This document shows, in pieces, positions 1-12,100 of a stretch of 64,000 bases of DNA; the stretch's first letter is position 1; every line of letters starts with the position of its first letter. Location: the NCBI RefSeq assembly GCF_964204645.1, contig NC_134033.1, forward strand, positions 4,736,231 to 4,800,230, given 5' to 3'. A program made the translations under genes and the position numbers. The notes beneath the pieces are model-generated. The model had not been told where the DNA came from. It did not search any database and worked only from the letters and a program-made list of their open reading frames with translations. Source of the DNA: Tubulanus polymorphus. Lineage: Eukaryota; Animalia; Nemertea.

Positions 1-58
1 GCATTTTCTCCTATGAAGCTTCGGTATACCGGTTTGTTCAAAGCGACGTTCCACAAGA
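1..58 (-). pseudogene. 5' part of a second F-type lectin exon, running off the window edge (status unknown)
   Basis: Positions 1-58 are the paralog of 25170-25227: acceptor TTCGAAG| then LWNVALNKPVYRSFIGENA. Confidence 0.6.
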
Positions 59-1758
59 CTTCGAATATATAATATACAATATACGAGTACGAAAATATCA
101 GGATCTAGTTTTAGGAAAATCGGAAAGCGGGGTCTGAGCGGGCTTTCGTCGTCTGATAAAAGGAGCCTCGGCGTGGGCTACAATATCGGGGCGCTAGGTA
201 TTTTTGAAGTAATCCGCCAGAAAAGATACGATTTCAAATGATGAGCGTAAAATTGTTAATTTTTAGCAATCTGCAACAGTCCTGGCAAAAAGGGCAAACT
301 CGACTGGAAGGCAGGGGTCCCATGAGATTAACCCCTAAATCTAGCCCTGCATACCGACGATGATCATTGTATCGTCACGAACCGATATGCGTGTATTTCA
401 TCGATAGAAAAACACTGAAAATGTGTTTAGTTTGAAACGATTACAAGATTTTACAGAAGAATAATTTGAAGTAGAAAAATCGAGTTTTGAAAAACGTGTT
501 TATTGATCATTTTGCGACCGTCGAATATCTTCCAGCAAAATATGAATAATGAATGTGTTGTGTTGAAAGTAATAATAATATTATGCTGAACTTACTGATA
601 CCGCGAGCGATCACGATAACGATCACTAATACGATGGATGAGAGCGACTTGTTCCTCATTTTCCGACTTATAAACCCCACCTCACAACTTTAACAGAACT
701 GAATGATGATTCACCACAATTTCTGGCTTGTTGTCGTCGAATATTTCACAAAACCGATAGAAGAAGAACCGATATCGCTACTGGAAACTGTTTTATTATT
801 TATACAGTATTTGGTTACACATTCTCTACCCATTTCGACGAGAGTTTAACGTTCAACGCCGAAACCATGGCTGGTTCTGCAGTATCGATATTAGAAAATA
901 TTTCAGCGACTTGCTGGCGACATTTTGTTGATTTTCTATTTTCATGTTTCATGTGTCTGCGCGTTTTGAGAGGCTTTAACGGTGATCGAGCATTAAATAA
1001 ATTCTCTGCTCTCGCGCAGCAAAACGATCCCGCAAAGGTTAGTAATGTTTTATTTTTGACGTTTCGCCTCGTATCCTAATAGACATCTTCAGGAATATTG
1101 AACGTCGGAATTAAATCATTAGCCGTGATAGTGCTCAACAATATTGAGGTGATATCAATTATTTTGAAGTAAAAATGTTTACAGAATTAATGAATTAGCA
1201 AGTAAATTAAAATTAGTAATGATATTAAATCAAGGACGGCTTTGAAACGATAGTTAGAAGCTTATAAAAGAAAGCAGCGATAGAAAAGATGACTTTGATG
1301 AAACCAGGATTTATCATTACAGATAAGGGAAGATTAACAGAGCAATTCTAAGTTCTAAAATAAATTCAGTATAATCTCACCAGTGTCTAATTATTGATAA
1401 TTGAAAAAAGATTCAAAATGGGAAAAGAATAAATTTTCTCAGAGGTAGAGCGAAGTCGGGTGGACGATAGTTTACAATCACGGGGTAGGAGATAATCAGA
1501 AGCCTCGAGAAATCTCGAAGGACCGCCACAAAATGGCGCTTAGAAACTGGAAACTTCTTTATTGGTTCCGCGGTCGGCGCAGTCTTTACTGTGGGTCGAC
1601 AAAATGTATTCATATTTTCAAATATCGTTTTATGTGTAATGTCTTATCCTAATGTTTGTAAAGTATAGTGATTATCCTTAACGCTGTGCTATAGAGGAAA
1701 TAAATGATAATTAATTATCATTATAATCATCACAGCATAGAGATTATCAGTATTATCA

Positions 1759-4700
1759 TCATTTTATTGGTTGTCGTTTTCTGCGTTTATTTCGAGCTCG
1801 TATTGATTTCATATCGATAGTTAGAATAGTGTACAGAAGCGGGTTCAGAGTTGAGTTTATCGGCAAGAAAAGAACGGCCAGCCAAGCGGCCACCTGGTTC
1901 GGTATCTCGACCGAAAATACGGCGCAAAGCTGAACGATTATTAACGGTAACCAGCAAAATAAATTACACAAATTGATGACTAAACTGCGTCGAGCTAGAA
2001 CGAGTTCTGTAGGATCGGCTCTACCCGAACCGGACCTGCTTCCGGATACATACTTGTACATCTGCGCGTACGACATCATTATCAGAGTGAGAATGATCGC
2101 GTTTAATACAGCGAATATAGCGAACGAATATTGCCAGCCATTGACATCTATAGATATTAGATTCATAGGTAAACAGATACCCGTACTACCGTAAAAATTA
2201 TCACCGAAATAAGACGACCGAGACAGCGGCAGAAAGGCGATTAAAATCAGAAATATCCAGCATAAACAAGACAGAATCATAATGATATTTGAGGATAAAA
2301 CCGGGTTACCGGAAAATGGGTCGATTATATTCGAATATCTGAAACGCGTGAGGAGAAGGAGAAATGTTAAAGAACCTTCGCAAGATATCGTCACCACAAT
2401 TCCGGCAACACTACATAATGAATTACGAGTCCAAGTTTCAGAATTCAGAAAATAAACACCTTTATAAACGTGATCAGTTGCAGCGATCAGAAACAGATAA
2501 ACAGACATCAGGAAATCACAAAGCGCGATTTTAATGATGAGGATATCCGACGATTTATTCTGCGTTTCTGACGAGACTCGAATCGACCTAAAACGAAATA
2601 AGATAACGGTAATATTGGAAACGAACGTAAAACAAGCGATGATCCAGATAACAGCTGTGAGGACAGTGTTCTCAATGAGGTCTGAACACGATGAGAATTG
2701 ATCAGGATCCGGGAGACACCGGTCAATATTCGGCGCCATACAACAGAATTTAAACGCGTCCGAAGCGAGAAAATATAAAGACGTCAGATTATCGAAGATA
2801 TTATTTTCCGTAGAAATGATCCGAGAATTGTTGGTGAAATCTAGAACTCCCAATGAACTCAACCCAGTAAACGCGTATCTGGATATTGATTCGATTACGT
2901 TACTGCTGATATTCAAATATTTCAGCGCTGGTAAACCTCGGAATACGTTACGAGTAAGAAACGATATAGAGAGACCTTGGAGATCCATAACCGGAAGTGA
3001 CGTCAAACCATTGAAGCTTCCATCGTTCAAATATCTCAGCGGATTTCCAGCGAGTAAAAGTTGTTTCAAACTGTTTAAACCAGTAAATGTATCAGCGTGT
3101 AGTGATACTAGGCGATTATACGACAGATCTAATGTATTTAGATTGCGTAGATTAGAAAACGCGTTGGAGACAATGTCAGATAAATCATTACGGGAAATAT
3201 TGAGCAAGAAAAGGTACAGAAAAGAGGAAAATGTCGATTCATTGAATCTAACTCGGTTATTCGATAAAATCAAAACTCGAGTCGACGCGGCAAAAATTCC
3301 AGAAATATCCGATAATAAAGTATTTTCACAATCGATGAAACGACCTTGACATTTACAATAGTTAGGACACGTGACGTCGCAGTAAGCCTCGTCATCCGAG
3401 TTATGTTTACAATTAACGACGCCATCGCAAACTTCCGACTGAGGAATACATCGATGTTCGTCACCGCATTTAAACATTCCCGGACACGAAAACGTTTCGC
3501 AATTGAATTCATCTTGTGAATTGGGACAATCTGATCGACCATCGCACACGTGTCTAATCGGTATACAGTAAGACGATGGACATTTCACTGTACCAGCTGC
3601 ACATTCAAACTCATTACAATTCAGTAAATGTTCGAGTCTTCTACAAACAGGAAAACCTGTCGGCATTCTTTCTAAAATACATCTATCTCTTCTCGCGTAA
3701 CAATGAGGAGAATCGAATGAACATCTTTGTTTATCCGATTCGGTACAGAGTGAAGTGAAATTGGTCGTGCAGTAGTTCTCTGTAGTGCAGTGAATTTGTG
3801 GTTTGATTGTTATATCTGTCGTTACTACTTCATCTTCTTCGAGGTCCCCGCCACAATCTACAACGCCATCCCGATACAACAGAGAACTGATACATTCGCC
3901 ATTTACGCACAAAAACCCGTTACATTCGTCCGAAGAGCAGCCGATCTCATCGGATTTATCTTGACAGTCAACCAGTCCATCGCATCGTTTATATTTATCC
4001 ACACGTTGTCCGTCGTTACACTTAAATTGATCAGAGGAACATAAAATATGATAGCACGAGTTCTCATCCGAGCCATCGACGCAATCTCTCATAAAGTCAC
4101 AGAAACCGCTAATCGATATAACCTGTCCATCGTTACAGCGGAACTGACTGTGTAAATTGATATCCGTACAATCGAGTTCATCTTCACCGTGTTGACAGTC
4201 GTTTCTGGTATCGCATACGCGATGGTCGCTGATACATCTTTGATCGTTACATTCAAACTGCCACGATTTACAACCGCTTATAGAAGCTAACTCTTCATCA
4301 GTTACATCATAGGAACATAGCACGGAATGCGCTTCACCTGTGACATTATCGAAGGCAGTCACTGACCATTTAACTGTTTGAAAATATGTTATCCAATCTC
4401 TAATTACAACTGGTTTTATTGCCATAATTCTTCCGCTTGTATGATTAGTCAGTATAGCGCCATACTGATGCTCATAGTGGAAAACATTTATCAAATACTG
4501 AATTTCAATACTAGATGTTATTATACCTATGTCTCCGCCGATTGTAAGACACATTTCTCTAGCTGTTTGGATTGTTAAACTTTCAGTATGGAGCGTTTGC
4601 CAGTCTGTAAGTATTTGATAGCAATGCGCTTCTATACGAATCCATCCTCTTAGACACGTGGAGTTAAATCGTTCAATGTTTTCCCGCTTTATTCCAGTTA

Positions 4701-7700
4701 TATCGTTTTGTGAAGATGTATTAAAATGGTTTCTTTCTGTTTCACAAATGAATGTCGTGTGCGTCTCCTCGATTTGACACGGGAATCGAACCCAGTTCGC
4801 TGATCCTCGGGGATTATTCAGTATCATCGCCGTACACGGCATATTGACGTCATTTATCGGTTGTTTTCTTAGCGGAGATATCAATCCTCGAATAACTTCT
4901 GGTATCGTTTCATTAACGGCAGCAGGTTCAAACCATTTCGTGTAACTGAACGGTTTCCCATCAGACCAGGAGTAATAACCACTGGACTCCTTTTAAAACA
5001 AACAAACAAACAAACAAACAAATATTTGTTATACAACATTGCAGAAAACTCTTTTTGGATTATTTTCTGTGTTCTAATCATTTTTTGGAATAACTTAATA
5101 TCTTTACACATGACAAGAACGTAAATCATTATATCAAAGCTCAATTAGATGATTGATATTTGATATGTATTTTACCTGCCATTTCAATCCAATCATCATA
5201 ATAAGCGCCGCCTGTGAATATGCCTCAAGAAGCAGTTTTGTAGCAAACAGCTTTTTCACGGCCATCATTTCACGTTGAGAGTTGATACTGAGAAGATATC
5301 CTCCATATTTCTGTTGACAGTAAATTTCAGCGTTCTCCCAATTCAGACGTTCATGTTTGATGTATCTAATACACGAAACGCCTGAATCTAGAAAATCTGA
5401 TCGGCAGCCATTGATTCGGTGTTTCTTTAAAGGCGATTGTTCTGAAGTGTATTGAATTCGAAATATTGGCATGAACATTGACAACTCAAAATACAAGTCA
5501 TACCCGAGTAGACTGTACAATACAAGTCCTGCTACTGCGTTATTTTCACATATTGTTGTTGTATGACGGGTTTCTGTAAACGTGGAAAATAAATTGTTCG
5601 GATCATCAAATATTTTGATAATTTGTCTTAGTAATATTGATCCCCTTGTGCGGGTACTAACAGATTCGGAGCATGATGTTTGTCCGATAAATTTAAACAG
5701 GAATCTGATGTAATGATTTATATTTTTGTCAGTAGGAAAAGAGAAACCGAAGAATATAGTTTCGGAGGTTGATAATCCAGGGAAGTCCGGTGACTGCACG
5801 AGTCCACAATCTACATCGCTCTTTTTGACAACACCTCTTGAACCTGGATCCAGTTGACTTTGTTTTAATTTCTGACATTTACGTCGTAATACAATCATTA
5901 GTGGTGTCCTCCAGAATTCATATTTAGTGCGTAATACTTTCACGTGGTTTAATACGAGACTGGTGTTTAACACGTGACTATTGAGACTTATCGCTGAACA
6001 GGGATTCATAGCTCCACGATAACATCTGTCAATTTGATATTCGTGTTCTGATAATACATCAATATTTCCAATCGGTAGGCGTCGATTTTCAGGTGTAATC
6101 ATGAGACAGTATGACGTCATAGTGATTTGTCGTTCTCCTTCCTGTAGAACATACCCGTCACAATCAGTTGGAACTAATTTTAGTCTACCATATACTAGTA
6201 GATCATGCCAGTTGTAAGCGTACGCTGCTACAGTAACCGGTCCACCTGATGTAATCAGGCTGACGACAGATCGACCGTAGTATGAACCAGGACAATACGG
6301 ACCATAGCGTCTAGCTGTGAAATTACTGCCATCATATATATAAAAACCAGCTCGATCACAGTTTTCTGATAAAACTGTTAGTTTGAATCTAAAAGCTGAT
6401 GATGTATGCTCATAGATGTCGATTTTCGAGCTGAGTGCAAATCTAATGATACGATATTGTAACTTCCGTTTCGAATAACGGGGGAACAGACTGTAATAGT
6501 CCACTGAATGAGTATTTCCAACCTGCAATAGATGCAAACATAGAGTAAATCATCGGTATTCAATTGATGTTCATGCCATATTTTCCTTTGCCAATTTAAC
6601 CAAAAAATATTGCGACTCTGTCGTTAAAGGGTTAATGACTTGTGTTCGATCAGGTTTGATGTCAAAAAATTACGATTCCTGTGAATTCTACACATTATTT
6701 CATCGTTGTCAAACAATTTCAAATCAATACAATAAATATAAAAGATATTTTCATGCTGTTTCAACTCACTTTTTTATCTTCCACTTTGACGTCCGTTTCC
6801 TTCAATGATTCTATTTTGTATTCGAACGATGTTGAATTCCTCAACGATTTTCCGAAAAGATTCTCTGACAACAGTAAACACAATATGACGAGAAATCCGT
6901 CAGATTTTACGCCTAACGATTCCAGGAAGTTTTCGCCGAGTAAAATATCAGTTCCGACAACCGTTAAACCTTCCAGTTTATAAACACCGATGACGTCACC
7001 GGAAGTGACGAGATCACGTGACCAGTTGAAGACGACGTACTGCAGTATTTCAGCTGTGATAGACCAGCAGTATAAGCGTTTAGACCGAGTTATTACGTGC
7101 GGCCTATCACCAGGAATGAGCACTCCAGATTTGTTTTTATAAATCGAAATCGATGGATTCGAAATATTCCAATCTGATATTCTATACAGTTTTACAAATA
7201 GATTAGTTTTGAGAGTCACTCGGACCTGTCTCATTGAAAAAGTGACGATAGCTCTGTTAGTTTTAGTGTAAATAGAGATGGGCGGATGTCTGGTTTGTTC
7301 CCGTATATTCATTATAGGTTCACTTGTGTTCCATCCGTCATAAATTTGAACGGTCAAATCTAAACCTGCTTGTAACAATCTAAAATCTATTCTCTCAAAA
7401 GTCAGATTCATACCGAAACCCTCTGGTATCCCGGACCACTCCAGCTGCAGGAAACTACATAATATTCCATACATTTCGATGATAGCAAATTTATAACCAG
7501 TTTCAAAAGTTTGCAATTGTTTTAGTTTGTTGGACGAACAGTGGTGAACAGTTTTTAGATGGTTTTCCTCCAAACGATAAAATACATAAACTCGACTTCC
7601 TTTCACAACATCATTTACATCACTCTTAAACATCAACGATAATGAATTACTGCGGTAAATATCTAATTGTTTTCCAGCACCGCACAGTAAGTTATCAGAA

Positions 7701-8002
7701 TCGCTGATGTGAAGATAGTTATCTCTACAGAATATAGACGGCTCGATGTCGTAGTAAACTTGGACGCGAAAGGTACCCGGTAAAGAGCTGTTGACGAACC
7801 AACGACATTCAACACCGCGCGCTAACGACGGATAGTTCGGTGAAACGATGTAACCGGACGTAGAATCGAGTGAAAACCACGTATTGTTACACCGTGAACT
7901 GACAGTTACAGACGGTTGATCGGTAGAGATCCGATCAGTCGTCTGAACCGACGACAGTTTCATTAGTAGAATGAGTAATAACGTTAAGAGACTGCGCGTC
8001 AT
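1759..8002 (-). CDS. GRL101-like CUB/C-type lectin/LDLa/LRR G-protein-coupled receptor, copy 1 (intact, ~1936 aa)
   Basis: Exons 8002-6770, 6522-5176, 4989-1759, joined by phase-0 introns (AAA|GTGAGT...TTGCAG|GTT; CAG|GTAAAA...TAAAAG|GAG). Signal peptide MTRSLLTLLLILLMKLSS; CUB motif SGYIVSPNYP..C.W; CTL (LNWENAEIYC...WSDG...FICE) split by intron 2; LDLa repeats (CDG..DC.D.SDE); LRRs; hinge SSCSDLI; 7TM with CWLP and LPINSTLNPLLY. Confidence 0.88.
4996..5019. repeat. (AAAC)6 microsatellite forming the intron-2 acceptor tract of copy 1
   Basis: Unit number 6, 3, 1, 4, 3 in copies 1-5. Confidence 0.8.
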
Positions 8003-8308
8003 GTTGACATTCTCCTCGATCAGTTTAACTCTAAACACAGCGAATAGATTTTAATCCAATTAATGTTGGGCGTTTCCGAGTGAGTGAGAGAGAGCGGTAG
8101 AGAGGATGAGTCAGACTACACGGCGCTTACTAAAAATTAAATTCGATAATCTACGAAACCGAGTAATGATTAACGAGATTAAAAATCTAATTCGATATTC
8201 AGTGCCTAGTCGGTTTTATATTTATATATCTACATACAATTTTAAAATGTCCTTCGTCCAGTGTTAAGCCGACAACGCTACTGCGGCAAGCGAGGATTCA
8301 GCGATAAT

Positions 8309-8381
8309 CCTCCAGGTGTCGCTAGTGGCAATGGGTTACCGCACTACAAATTTATTTTTCACAAGAGACCCGCGCATGCGC
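8309..8381. promoter_or_regulatory. Putative upstream module of copy 1: CTCF-like motif plus NRF1-like palindrome
   Basis: CCTCCAGGTGTCGCTA at 8309-8324 and GCGCATGCGC at 8372-8381; repeated upstream of copies 2 and 4. Motif resemblance only. Confidence 0.3.
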
Positions 8382-9143
8382 TGTATTAAACACCACGACT
8401 ATCAGACGATCCCAATTTTGATTGTTGATAGAAACTGGCGGCTTTTTTGAGTAGTTATTCTATCTATAGAGAGTCTGGAGCGTAAGGGCATGATGTTCAC
8501 ACACAAGGGTCCAAAGGGTCAGAGTTAGGTTAGGGTTCGAGTAGGCTTAGGTTTAGGATTAGGGTTTTATTGGGAAAAACAATAGGAACAAATGTAATAA
8601 ATGTAGATATAGTTAAAAGTTGCTTAGCCGGCACTCGAGCTTGTGTGTTCGAAACCTATTCTGACCTGTCAACTTCGAATTTTCCAAGACGACTAAACAC
8701 ACTGAAAAACTGATAAAGATAATTATCTAAGAACTATTTTATTATGTTAATGTGACGATACCTTATCTGCTGAAAAGTGAACTATCTGCAATAAACCATT
8801 AAGCAAGTGCTTGCCGCCATTTTGTTAGGGTACTTTTGTCCCGTATTGTTCGTCATTTTATTCTCTTTTTTAAAATCCATTTGTGACGCGTGTTTTATCA
8901 TGTTTTTTTGGTCCATTGGTGGAATTTGACAGTTTTAACAACATTTAAACCGTATGAATCCCTAGTTTTCAGTGATGCAAAAGTCAGCTCCCAAATTTGA
9001 AACAATGCGACATGAAAGTGACATGAAAAACGGTGGTCAGTTTTTGACACCGACATAAAAATCTATTTTTTGAAAAGTGAAGGGGTTATCACTAAAACAG
9101 CATTGTAGAGGAAATAAGTTATAATCATTCATCAATAATATCA

Positions 9144-12100
9144 TCATTTTATTGGTTGTCGTTTTCTGCGTTTATTTCGAGCTCGTATGGATTTCATATC
9201 GATAGTTAGAATTGTGTAAAGAAGCGGGTTCAGAGTCGAGTTTATCGGCAAGAAAAGAACGGCCAGCCAAGCGGCAACCTGGTTCGGTATCTCGACCGAA
9301 AATACGGCGCAAAACTGAACGATTATTAACGGTAGCCAGCAAAATAAATTACATAAATTGATGACTAAACTGCGTCGAGCTAGAACGAGTTCTGTAGGAT
9401 CGGCTCTACCCGAACCGGACCTGCTTCCGGATACATACTTGTACATCTGCGCGTACGACATCATTATCAGAGTGAGAATGATCGCGTTTAATACAGCGAA
9501 TATAGCGAACGAATATTGCCAACCATTGACATCTATAGATATTAAATTCATAGGTAAACAGATACCCGTACTACCGTAAAAATTATCACCGAAATAAGAC
9601 GACCGAGACAGCGGCAGAAAGGCGATTAAACTCAGAAATATCCAGCATAAACAAGACAGAATCACAATGATATTTGAGGATAAAACCGGGTTACCGGAAA
9701 ATGGGTCGATTATATTTGAATATCTGAAACGCGTGAGGAGAAGGAGAAATGTTAAAGAGCCTTCGCAAGATATCGTCACCACAATACCGGCAACACCGCA
9801 TAATGAACTACGAGTCCAAGTTTCAGAATTCAGAAAATAAACACCTTTATAAACGTGATCTGTTGCAGCGATCAGAAACAGATAAACAGACATCAGCAAA
9901 TCACAAAGCGCGATATTAATGATGAGGATATCCGACGATTTATTTTGCGTTTCTGACGAAACTCGAATCGACCTAAAACGAAATATAATAACGGTAATAT
10001 TGGAAGCGCAAGTAAAACAAGCGATGATCCAGATAACAGCTGTGAGGACAGTGTTCTCAATGAGGTCTGAACACGATGAGAATTGGTCAGGATCCGGGAG
10101 ACACCGGTAAATATTCGGCACCATACAACAGAATTTATACGCGTCCGAAGCGAGAAAATATAAAGACGTCAGATTATCGAAGATATTATTTTCCGTAGAA
10201 ATTATCCGAGAATTGTTGGTGAAATCTAGAATTCCCAGTGAACTCAACCCAGTAAACGCGTATCTGGATATTGATTCGATTACGTTACTGCTGATATTCA
10301 AATATTTCAGCGCTGGTAAACCTCGGAATACGTTACGAGTAAGAAAAGAAATAGAGAGTTCACGGAGATCCATAACCGGAAGTGACGTCAAACCATTGAA
10401 GCTTCCATCGTTCAAATATCTCAGCGGATTTCCGGCGAGTAAAAGTTGTTTCAAACTGTTTAAACCGGTGAATGTATCAGTATCTAGTGATACTAGGCGA
10501 TTATACGACAGATCTAATGTATTTAGATTGCGTAGATTAGAAAACGCGTTGGAGACAATGTCAGATAAATCATTACGGGAAATATTGAGTAAGAAAAGGT
10601 ACAGAAAAGAGGAAAATGTCGATTCATTGAATCTAACTCGGTTATTCGATAAAATCAAAATTCGAGTCGACGCGGCAAAAATTCGAGAAATATCCGATAA
10701 AAAAGTATTTTCACAATCGATGAAACGACCTTGACATTTACAATAGTTAGGACACGTGACGTCGCAGTAAGCCTCGTCATCCGAGTTACGTTTACAATTA
10801 ACGACACCATCGCAAACTTCCGACTGAGGAATACATCGATGTTCGTCAGCGCATTTAAACATTGCCGGACACGAAAACGTTTCGCAATCGAATTCATCTT
10901 CTGAATTGGGACAATCTGATCGACCATCGCACACGTGTCTAATCGGTATACAGTAAGACGATGGACATTTCACTGTACCAGCTGCACATTCAAACTCGTT
11001 ACAATTCAGTAAATGTTCGAGTCTTCTACAAACAGGAAAACCTGTCGGCATTCTTTCTAAAATACATCTATCTCTTCTCGCGTAACAATGAGGAGAATCG
11101 AATGAACATCTTTGTTTATCCGATTCGGTACAGAGTGAAGTGAAATTGGTCGTGCAGTAGTTCTCTGTAGTGCAGTGAATTTGTGGTTTAATCGTTATGT
11201 TGGTCGTTACTATTTCATCTTCTTCGAGGTCCCCGCCACAATCTACAACGCCATCCCGATACAACAGAGAACTGATACATTCGCCATTTACGCACAAAAA
11301 CCCGTTACATTCGTCTGAAGAGCAGCCGATCTCATCGGATTTATCTCGACAATCAACCAGTCAATCACATCGTTTATATTTACCCACACATTGTCCGTCG
11401 TTACACTTAAATTGATCAGAGGAACATGAAATATGATAGCACGAGTTCTCATCCGATCCGTCAACGCAATCTCTCATAAAATCACAGAAACCACTAATCG
11501 ATATAACCTGTCCATCGTTACAGCGGAACTGACTGTGTAAATTGATATCCGTACAATCGAGTTCATCTTCACCGTGTTGACAGTCGTGTCTGGTATCGCA
11601 TACGCGATGGTCGCTGATACATCTTTGATCGTTACATTCAAACTGCCACGATTTACAACCGCTTATAGAAGCCAACTCTTCACCAGTTACATTGTAGGAA
11701 CATAGCACCGAATGCGCTTCATCTGTCACATTATCGAAGGCAGTCACTGACCATTTCACTGTTTGAAAATATGTTATCCAATCTCTAATTACAACTGGTT
11801 TTATTGCCATAATTCTTCCGCTCGTATGATTAGTCAGTATAGCGCCATATTGATGCTGATAGTGGAAAACATTTATCAAATACTGAATTTCAATATCAGA
11901 TGTTATTATACCTATGTCTCCACCGATTGTAAGACACATTTCTCTAGCTTTGTGGATTGTTAAACTTTCAAATTGGAGCGTTTGCCAGGCTGTAAGTATC
12001 TGATAGCAATGCGCTTCTATATGAATCCATCCTCTTAGACACGTGGAGTTAAATAGTTCAAAGTTTTTCCGCTTTATTCCAGTTGTATCGTTTTGTGGAG

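Noticed and set aside
1973-4578. Recurrent plus-strand ORFs (73, 177, 60, 84, 66 aa) repeated in every gene copy
   Set aside because: They are antisense shadows of the GPCR exon; recurrence reflects paralog identity, and no domain motifs are present.
5134-8038. Treating the 425-aa and 467-aa ORFs as stand-alone genes (an operon-like triplet)
   Set aside because: Conserved phase-0 splice sites, a signal peptide only on the first ORF, and a CTL domain split across intron 2 show they are exons of one gene.
8520-8566. Degenerate TTAGGG-like run (also ~15735 and ~36820)
   Set aside because: Too short and degenerate for an interstitial telomere; such GGTTAG runs are common inside small repeats.
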